Position numbers and translations under genes: made by a program. The notes beneath the pieces are model-generated. The model was not told the origin of the DNA. It made no database searches and saw nothing but the letters and a program-made list of their open reading frames with translations. From Microcystis aeruginosa NIES-843 (lineage in GTDB: Bacteria > Cyanobacteriota > Cyanobacteriia > Cyanobacteriales > Microcystaceae), in the NCBI RefSeq assembly GCF_000010625.1, contig NC_010296.1, forward strand, positions 480,001 through 512,000: a stretch of DNA of 32,000 nucleotides, read 5' to 3'. Within the stretch, counting starts at the first letter, position 1. The number at the start of each line of letters is the position of its first letter. Below are positions 25,332-32,000 of the stretch, piece by piece.

Positions 25332-26118
25332 TCCACCTCTGTGGCTTTTTCCATTGAACTTGCATTCATGACGATCGCCAAGTTCCTTTCTCCTTCTAGT
25401 TGAGATATTTTCGCTCTGAATACCGCTACCCAAACCGTTTTCTCTTTATCTAGATTTAGGGTGATTTTCTCCCAATCCTTTTCTGATAGGCTTTTTGCTA
25501 GTTGCTCAAGCTGGATTGTTTCTTCCACACCCCCTTCTTTTTCAATAATTACTTTTCGATTTTTTGCCAATCCTCCTAAGTATTTTAGCTTTCTTTCTTC
25601 CAGGGCTTTGAGAAAATTTGTGTTGTTGCCATAACCAGCATCTATTAAGACGATTTTCGGTCGATAGCCTCTGGTTAAGCTCCGGTCAATTAAATCTATC
25701 GCTATCTCTGGTTTCTTCTTAAATTCTTTGTCTTCTTTCCCCTCGGCTAAGGAACTAGCCGGTTGATAAATTTCCCTGTCTAGGGGGACACTTTTTTTGC
25801 CGTCGTAGAGATGAGTAGTGACGGCGACTATTCCGTTGTCTGTCTTGCCAATTTCTCCCAGGTACTGCCTGCCAACTCCGGCGGTCAGATTGCCACTTTT
25901 TCGATGTCCTGAGTCATCGACAATCAGGGAAAATCCTCGGGGGATTTGCGTCTGGCGGCATTGGTTCATCACTTGCAACCGACATTCATTCACCTGACGG
26001 TCTGACCAGGGAGATTCGGTCAAAAAGTGATGTAATCGGTTATAAACTACTCCGACGGCATTATTGGCAATTTGAGTGAGGTTTTTCCTCTCACTTTCCC
26101 CTAATAATCCTCCTAAAT
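25332..26118 (-). pseudogene. central fragment of the outer IS701 transposase gene
   Basis: Near-identical to 24352-25141 of the intact copy. Its 5' continuation lies at 27118-27227 beyond the 1-kb insert, and its 3' continuation lies at 23458-23963. Confidence 0.8.
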
Positions 26119-27117
26119 AGGGCTGGCTGAATAAATCTAAAAACCTTGTTGGATAAGACTTTTGGACTTTTTTCCCCTCAAAAAGTACCAGATATGGGAG
26201 TGATCAGGGGTAAATTCAGGGACTTTTTCCCTGAAAATTAGGTAATTGACCCCCTCAAAATCGGTAAAACCCCACACCCGTTACAGTAGAGCAGGAAGTC
26301 GCCTTCCCACCCCCTGCTTCAAAACCGGACTTACGACTTTCGCCGTATCCGGCTCCTGAGTAACTAGGCTACTGTCATTAGTAGAATAATAATGGGAATT
26401 ATTATTTCCTTGTCTATTCAACCCTCTTGGCTGTATCCCCACCAGACAAGATTGTTGGTTTTAGGGCGTATATGACCGTTGATTGTTGCTTAGACTTCCT
26501 AGTTACCCGTCCTTTGTCAGCATATCTTTGATATTACTCAAAGCCTTGGCTTTTAAGGACATCCTCTCCCTCTATTGACTTGCGGATGGTTTCCTACTGC
26601 CCCGAACGGGCAGAGTCAATCAGGGTTACTTCGTTCCCTATAACCATTGGTTGAACCATTAGGATGATACTGTCCACAACAGAGCAACGGGAATGCCTTA
26701 CTGATAGTGGTGTAAGCTATCAGCCCCAACTCTGTTAACTTTTGTTTCGAGCCTGTCAGCCTTTTGGCTCGTGGGTGTTGACGATGGTTAATTCGTATCT
26801 TCGCCCCAGGGCTATCCATAAGTTCTGGCTCAACGGGTTTCTGATTTAGGCTATCAGATACCGCTTTTTTTTCCTCGCTCACTACCTCAGATGTACCAAG
26901 TCTAAAGCAGCAGGAAATGCCGTCACTCTAGGCATCTAGAGGACAGGACTAAGGTTATTACTAACCCGCACCTGTAGGGTTATAAAGTTATCAAGGTACT
27001 ACATTTACCAAGCGGCTAATCCTCTAAACGTCTTACTGTCTAGTTTCTAGCCAACGAATCGCACCACACCCCACACCCTACACCCTGCCCCTAGGAAAAA
27101 CTTTTTCAGCAGACCCT
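26119..27117 (-). mobile_element. 999-bp TIR-bounded element carrying an ORF-less group II intron (copy B)
   Basis: It is inserted between cctcctaaat and aaatattgtctg of the transposase gene, and AAAT is duplicated at 26115-26118 and 27118-27121. The intact copy reads cctcctaaatattgtctg at 25136-25153. Confidence 0.8.
26286..27064 (-). ncRNA. ORF-less group II intron ribozyme, copy B (3' boundary +/- 15 nt)
   Basis: It has the same GTGCGATTCG 5' end (27064) and an identical domain V (26355-26322). By hand alignment I count five nucleotide differences from copy A. Confidence 0.75.
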
Positions 27118-27308
27118 AAATATTGTCTGAAGCCGTTTTTTTGCGCTTCGTTTTTGAAGCAATTGTCAAACCGCCGACACCATCGGTCAAAGCAGGGAGG
27201 CATCGCAGCTGGGGTTGTCTCTTTCATCGCTGATCTTTCAACGTAAAGTGCTTATTCTATAACAATTATACTCTATTATACTCTTGTTGATCGTTTAAGT
27301 CCCACTAT

Positions 27309-28279
27309 GAAGCATCAGGATATGATGATAAAATATCGATTCGTTTTCGAGAACCAGGTATTTACCAGATCACCATCGACAAATTTGTTGTCCCTCAAGA
27401 AGCTGTTGTTGAAGAAATTGAGTTTAAGTTAAATAAATTACACAAGGGTGAATTAGGCGAAGATATTTATCTAAAAACTCTTTTTATTGCTGACCGTCCT
27501 GAAGTTACTATCAAAAATTTTAGGATCAAAGTTCCTGACAGTCAAAACAAAGTGATCGACAGTAGAGAACTGACGAAACAAGGTTTAATTAACTATTTTA
27601 CTCCGATTTTGAATTTTGAGCCAGAGTAAGAATATCAAGTTCCTTTTGATGTTAATAAAAATACTTGGAAAGCCGAAACTAAAGCCAATATTAAGGGAGC
27701 ATCTCACTTACGCGATAAGTAATTATACTTAGCCTAAAAGCCACTCTTAATCGTGTCTTGGAACGAAATAGAGGCTTTTAAAGACTGCGTACATGGAGAA
27801 TTAAAACAAGAATTACCCTCGAAAAGCCTATTTTTCCACTAAGTATTTATGCTCATTGCAAAGGTGAGATGCTCCCAATATTAAGGATAGAGGAAATGCA
27901 GATGATTACTTAGATCTTAGTCAATTTAAAACAGATATCAAAGGCGCTTACAGTCGAAGTAAAAAAACTCCTGCTAAAATTTATGCCTCAATTGTTGAAA
28001 ATGATAATTTAGAAATAGATAACAAAAAAACAGGGATTAAAGAATTAGCAATTAACTATTACTTTCACTATCCCCATAGCAATTGGTACGACCACGAAGG
28101 ATTTAATAATCATGAAGGAGATTGGGAAGGAATCACGGTCTTTTTACGGAAGGATCGGGATGGCTACTACTATCCTTGTCGAGTTGCTTTTGGCGAACAC
28201 ATTTTCTTGGTGAGTGAGTTTGCTTCCGATGGGGGAGAAATAATTGAATGGACAAGATTAGTTAACAATAATAATATTC
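27309..28279 (+). pseudogene. 3' segments of the disrupted Vps62/DUF946-like gene
   Basis: The frame continues from 23457 as EASGYDDKISIRF...NFEPE. An in-frame TAA follows at 27627-27629, and the same frame then continues as EYQVPFDVNKNTWKAETKANIK. A 182-bp MITE interrupts it, after which the frame reads DRGNADDYL...INYYFHYPHSNWYDHEGFNNHEGDWEGITVFL...LVNNNNI. The reading frame then runs into another MITE-like repeat at 28280. Confidence 0.6.
27695..27876. mobile_element. 182-bp MITE with perfect 13-bp TIRs and an 8-9 bp target duplication
   Basis: The TIRs are gggagcatctcac and gtgagatgctccc. AATATTAA is duplicated at 27687-27694 and 27877-27884. Confidence 0.85.
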
Positions 28280-28457
28280 GGCTCTTCGTTACTTGGTATG
28301 GTTCGATAGGGGGGCATAAATCGACTAAATCCTTATCTGGCAAGAGTTCTATTGATTAGTTTGTTCTAGCTCGAAAACAATTGACAAAAATCGCATCAAT
28401 GTCCTTCTCTATAAGGGTTTCATCCCTTATAACTCCGTCCATTGCATAGCACAAACC
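28280..28457. mobile_element. second copy of the MITE-like repeat seen at 4563-4707
   Basis: It shares the termini and core with 4563-4707 and has an extra internal hairpin (ataagggtttcatcccttat). Confidence 0.5.
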
Positions 28458-28465
28458 GAAGAACC

Positions 28466-28627
28466 GTTAATTGTAGCAATACAGCGATAGTTGGTTTTGG
28501 TAATGATCAATCAGATTGGGGTGAAGATTACTACATTCAATCTGATGGAACGACAAAATTAAATAAGTGTGTTAAACCAGAAAATGCTCCTAGTCCTCTT
28601 CCTTGGGGGGTTTCAGTCTGCCTATGA
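28466..28627 (+). pseudogene. 3' fragment of a paralogue of the secreted-protein gene at 29559..30062
   Basis: It encodes ...NCSNTAIVGFGNDQSDWGEDYYIQSDGTTKLNKCV..., compared with ANCGNTAIVSFGVYPSDWGEDYYIQSDGTTKLNKCV in the full gene. No N-terminal part is present. Confidence 0.65.
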
Positions 28628-28669
28628 AAATCGGCTCTCCCGACATTATGGGGTAAAATGTTAGTGTAT

Positions 28670-28705
28670 GTTACATTCTGGGTGCAGGTTCCTTGCGCCC
28701 CTACA
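28670..28705 (+). repeat. 36-bp hairpin repeat, upstream copy flanking the brnT/brnA-like pair
   Basis: gttacattctgggtgcaggttccttgcgcccctaca contains a 9-bp stem with a 3-nt loop (gggygcagg ttc cttgcgccc). Confidence 0.8.
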
Positions 28706-28837
28706 ATAGGGCAAATTCGTTTTCTGTCGCGCCGTATGGTATACGCCCTACCTTAGATAACCTTTTCTTATCACCACAAGTACGGGAGAGCCAGAAATTC
28801 TGCTATAATTTTCAGCCAACCCATATAAATGTAACCC

Positions 28838-29113
28838 ATGTTATTCGATTGGGACGAGGAGAAAGCCAAAAGGAACTTGGCCAAACATGGTGTTTCTTTC
28901 GATGAAGCTAAATCCGTGTTCTATGATCCCTTATTTTTAACCTTTGCCGATCCAGAACACTCTCTTGGGGAGCGACGTTTTATTATAATGGGGGAATCAG
29001 CCAAAGGACGATTGCTAGTTGTTTCTTATACTGACCGCACGGAAACCACACGCTTAATTAGTGCCCGTTTAGCTACCACCCAAGAACGTAAAGCTTATGA
29101 ATCAGACCTGTGA
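28838..29113 (+). CDS. brnT: BrnT-family (DUF497) ribonuclease toxin
   Basis: MLFDWDEEKAKRNLAKHGVSFDEAKSVFYDP...ERRFIIMGESAKGRLLVVSYT matches the DUF497 pattern. Confidence 0.8.
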   Translation: MLFDWDEEKAKRNLAKHGVSFDEAKSVFYDPLFLTFADPEHSLGERRFIIMGESAKGRLLVVSYTDRTETTRLISARLATTQERKAYESDL

Positions 29114-29297
29114 TCTAGATGATGATTTACGCCCCGAATATGACTTTACTAAACTTCCAGTCATAGCAAGAGGTCAAGGGCGAAAAAGAACTACTTTAAC
29201 CGTCGAAATAGACCCCGACGTTGCTACTATTTTTCCTGATTCAGCAGCCGTTAATGAAGGATTACGTTTGTTATTACGCCTAATTCAAAATAGTTAA
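29097..29297 (+). CDS. putative cognate antitoxin of BrnT (BrnA-like position)
   Basis: 66-aa ORF overlapping brnT by 17 nt. The motifs LRPEYDFTKL...EIDPDVATIFPDSAAVNEGLR are common in small antitoxin partners. The family assignment is uncertain. Confidence 0.55.
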   Translation: MNQTCDLDDDLRPEYDFTKLPVIARGQGRKRTTLTVEIDPDVATIFPDSAAVNEGLRLLLRLIQNS

Positions 29298-29396
29298 CCT
29301 CAAGTAATTGAACAGTCTTTAACTATCTCAAAAACATCATAATCGCGGTATTCAAATAAGTGAGGCTGACTCACCAGACTTGATAAATTGAGAGAG

Positions 29397-29432
29397 GTTA
29401 CATTCTGGGCGCAGGTTCCTTGCGCCCCTACA
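29397..29432 (+). repeat. 36-bp hairpin repeat, downstream copy flanking the brnT/brnA-like pair
   Basis: gttacattctgggcgcaggttccttgcgcccctaca is in the same orientation as 28670-28705 and differs at one position. Confidence 0.8.
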
Positions 29433-29558
29433 GTTCCTAGCCATGTAGGTTTGATTAAGGCACAAAACCCAACACAACCAACGGTTACTTTTTTAACGTC
29501 AACTCAACTACTAACAAAAATATTTCATTTTAATTAAGTTTCCTCAGAGGACAAAACC

Positions 29559-30062
29559 ATGAAACGACTTAACTCCCAAAATCTCTTAATTGCTTCCTTA
29601 TTAGGATTGTCAACGCTTTTTGCTGGTTCCTATCCTTCGGTTAAAGCACAATCAGAACCAAAGCTAGGCTGTCAAGCTACTGTCAATAAAGTCCTTGAAG
29701 AAATTCGCTCAAAGGGAGTTAGAAGGGTTAAGTTTAGTATTTATAAAGGAGTAGCCAATGAAGGTAGAACGGGAAATCCAACGAATAGAACTGATGTATT
29801 GAATATTGCATTAAGTTCAGTGGATTGGAGTGTGACCACTAGATCTGAACCAAAAATAGAGAGCATAATTATTAATATTATGGAATCTAAAATTTTAATG
29901 AAAAGTTGGACGGATAAAATTGTTGCTAATTGTGGTAATACCGCTATAGTTTCTTTTGGTGTATATCCATCAGATTGGGGTGAAGATTACTACATTCAAT
30001 CTGATGGAACGACAAAATTAAATAAGTGTGTTCCTGCTGGGACACCCGGACTATTACCTTGA
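29559..30062 (+). CDS. hypothetical secreted protein
   Basis: The signal-peptide-like N-terminus is MKRLNSQNLLIASLLGLSTLFAGSYPSVKA/QS. Cysteines are conserved with the fragment at 28466-28627. I recognise no family. Confidence 0.55.
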   Translation: MKRLNSQNLLIASLLGLSTLFAGSYPSVKAQSEPKLGCQATVNKVLEEIRSKGVRRVKFSIYKGVANEGRTGNPTNRTDVLNIALSSVDWSVTTRSEPKIESIIINIMESKILMKSWTDKIVANCGNTAIVSFGVYPSDWGEDYYIQSDGTTKLNKCVPAGTPGLLP

Positions 30063-30591
30063 AGGGTTTCAATCTGCCTATGAAAATATAGCGGTATGCA
30101 GTGAGTTTTAGCATATAATAAGTCTAGGCGTGTAGCTTTAGCTAAGGTACGAAACCCAACAATTACTGCCTATTGAAATTAACGTCTAGTTTCGCATGAC
30201 CAAGATCCTCATCATACTTGATATAATGAGATTACAGACTGTTTTTATTCAACTAAGAGACATGAAATCCATGATAACAATACCTATCACCCTAGAACAA
30301 CTCATTTCTGTCATTCAACAATTACAGCCCAGTGAGCGTACAAAAATAGCCAATCTTTCTTAGAATATTTAACAGAATAAATCTGATCGCCTATTTGATA
30401 ATGATCATGCGATCGCTGATAGGTTATACTAAATCCGGTTATTAAAAACTGATTATTTATTCCCCTTGCCTTTTGCCTCTTGCCTTTTGCCTCTCCTCAT
30501 AACTAGCCTGTACTCAACGGATTTAGTATTAGATATATTAACAGAGTATTGACAACAAAACAAAACTTGATTATGGACATTACTATTCACT

Positions 30592-30766
30592 TTGGTAAAC
30601 GATATAAGCATGGAGCAAAATTGGCAATCGGGGAATCCATTACCAATGGCAAAACAAGCTGAGATCGATCCTCGTAAATTCACTGAATACTCTATGAATC
30701 CATTCAATACTAACAATCAAGGAAAATGGCAAGCATTTATGATTCTTGGATATAATATAGAAAGTT
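30592..30766 (+). CDS. 5' exon of a DUF6883-like gene interrupted by a group II intron
   Basis: AEIDPRKFTEYSMNPFNTNNQGKWQAFMILGYNIES fits the pattern I recall for DUF6883 (K..EY.LN....GK...F...GY). The ORF continues only 8 codons into the intron before a stop. The start is either TTG 30592 or ATG 30610. Confidence 0.45.
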
Positions 30767-32000
30767 GTGCGAAACGTTTAGGCATGAAATAGGGCTGAAA
30801 TGCCCGAAATAACCGCCTAGTAAGGTCTTCAGTCCCCCGACTGAATCTAAGAGGTCAACCCAGACCAACCTTATAACTGTTTATATGTCCCAACGTTTAG
30901 TATCACCCGATACCAAATCAGGCAAGGGGACTCAAGGTCAATACACTTTGTAACAATCAATCACAAATCGTTACAAAGCTGAGAGTAACGGCGATAGCCA
31001 CCCCCAGATTCAGAAGTCACAACTCTGGGACTGAAGCGGGGAACGGAAGGCTCCTAGATGTAACCTAACATCCAAACCGAGACCACTGCCAACCATCCAA
31101 GATTAGGCGTGAGCCAAATGTCCGACTTGAACCATCGTAAACATTGAGTAGTGAAATAGGTTGACACACTACATTCAAAAGAATAAGGGGAATAGTGAGG
31201 GTCTTACCTTTCCCACTCACACAGACCTTTAAAGTACCCCGGTGGAGAGGACAAATCTAAAGATGGAATGCCCATATAAACGGAACGTTATAAACCCTTT
31301 TAGGCTCTGAGTATCGGTCGAAATACCCAGTAGCGATAAGTGTAAGCGCAAGCCTTCAAGGGTGTGAGATGTAACCAAAAGCCAACGCCTGACAGTAATA
31401 ATCAGGATATGCTGACGGGTTACGGTTTGATTGTAAGGATAGAGTCTAGTAGGAGTCTATATGACGAAATCGAGAGAAGGTAAAGGATTCGGGAAACCGA
31501 AAACCACTAAGACTACGAATGTATGGAAAACTATCAATTGGGCAAAAGTCCAAAGATATGTTTTCAAGCTCCAAAAGAGGATATACCAAGCGGCTAAATC
31601 GGGACAGGATGCAAAGGTTAGAAGGTTGCAACGTCTATTGGTGAAATCATACTATGCTCGTTTATTAGCAGTTCGCAAAGTAACCCAAGATAATCAAGGA
31701 AAGAAAACAGCAGGAGTCGATGGAATGATAGCAATATCCCCAGAACAAAGGCTAAATCTAACCGAAGAAATCAAAGGAACACTTAAAGCAAAACCGCTAA
31801 GAAGGGTATGGATTCCTAAACCCGGCAGGGATGAAAAACGCCCATTAGGAATACCAACCATCAAAGACAGAGCTAGACAAGCGTTGATTAAATCGGCACT
31901 TGAACCAGAATGGGAGTCAAAAATGGAAGGAACCAGCTATGGTTTCCGACCCGGAAGGTCTGACCATGACGCTATATCAAGGATATACATCACCATTAAT
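30767..32000 (+). mobile_element. full-length-type group II intron (5' end and IEP start; 3' part outside window)
   Basis: The consensus 5' end GTGCG lies at 30767-30771. About 690 nt of non-coding sequence (domains I-III expected) precede a reverse transcriptase/maturase ORF. Confidence 0.75.
31461..32000 (+). CDS. group II intron reverse transcriptase/maturase (IEP), N-terminal 180 codons, runs off the window
   Basis: The frame is open from ATG 31461 to the window end, so it is absent from the ORF track because it has no stop. The translation is MTKSREGKGFGKP...QKRIYQAAKSGQDAKVRRLQRLLVKSYYARLLAVRKVTQDNQGKKTAGVDG...RRVWIPKPGRDEKRPLGIPTIKDRARQALIKSALEPEWE...YGFRPGRSDHDA, covering RT motifs 0-3. 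Confidence 0.85.
   Translation, partial: MTKSREGKGFGKPKTTKTTNVWKTINWAKVQRYVFKLQKRIYQAAKSGQDAKVRRLQRLLVKSYYARLLAVRKVTQDNQGKKTAGVDGMIAISPEQRLNLTEEIKGTLKAKPLRRVWIPKPGRDEKRPLGIPTIKDRARQALIKSALEPEWESKMEGTSYGFRPGRSDHDAISRIYITIN

Larger units (their letters stand above)
23458..27304 (-). mobile_element. outer IS701-family element, itself disrupted by three insertions
   Basis: The 12-bp termini TGGGACTTAAAC lie at 23458 and, inverted, at 27304. They are flanked by a CTAT direct duplication (23454-23457 and 27305-27308). The element is about 1.37 kb once the nested inserts are removed. Confidence 0.8.

Noticed and set aside
28693-28905. 70-aa + strand ORF upstream of and overlapping brnT
   Set aside because: It starts inside the 36-bp hairpin repeat, overlaps brnT in another frame and shows no family resemblance.
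30262-30363. 33-codon ORF MKSMITIPITLEQLISVIQQLQPSERTKIANLS
   Set aside because: It resembles the N-terminus of small cyanobacterial antitoxin-like proteins. It is too short and ends abruptly, so it may be a gene remnant, but I cannot support an annotation.
30551-30579. TTGACA-17 nt-TATGGA promoter-like spacing upstream of the DUF6883-like ORF
   Set aside because: The -10 element is weak and there is no supporting evidence. AT-rich DNA gives many such matches.
30453-30716. 87-aa minus-strand ORF
   Set aside because: It is antisense to the DUF6883-like ORF and runs through a CCTTTTGCCTCT tandem repeat. Its composition is unconvincing.
31446-31631. 61-aa minus-strand ORF
   Set aside because: It is a shadow ORF antisense to the clearly recognisable group II intron RT gene.

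Overview
The window looks like a cyanobacterial chromosome segment. The evidence is inferential: many GCGATCGC (HIP1-type) palindromes, 7-8 nt tandem arrays of the kind seen in Microcystis, and the genes ycf36, a PEP-CTERM protein and pdhB. Housekeeping genes are cbiX-folK, two paralogous membrane GTPases, an FtsL-like gene plus ftsI, asparaginase II, ycf36, rsfS, yqeK, pdhB, secD and secF. Accessory DNA lies between these genes. An AT-rich island (about 7.6-11.9 kb) carries an ABC-type ATPase paired with a TOPRIM-like protein, which I read as a candidate defence module. Its second gene is cut off by a MITE. The same island holds an orphan HicB-like gene, a stand-alone HTH protein and a PEP-CTERM protein. 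A TnpB-only IS605-family element with an in-frame stop abuts the start codon of a GTPase gene. From 21.3 kb to the end the window is a stack of nested mobile DNA. It holds toxin-antitoxin remnants and an IS701-family element inserted into a second copy of itself, which in turn sits inside a Vps62-like host gene. It also holds at least four MITE families, a full-length group II intron with its reverse transcriptase splitting a DUF6883-like gene, and a roughly 1 kb TIR-bounded element present twice. That 1 kb element is the most unusual item, because each copy carries an ORF-less group II intron with a textbook domain V. Several intergenic regions hold G-quadruplex-type tandem arrays. No rRNA, tRNA or CRISPR array was seen. 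All homology calls come from reading the translations and motifs by eye; no database search was run.
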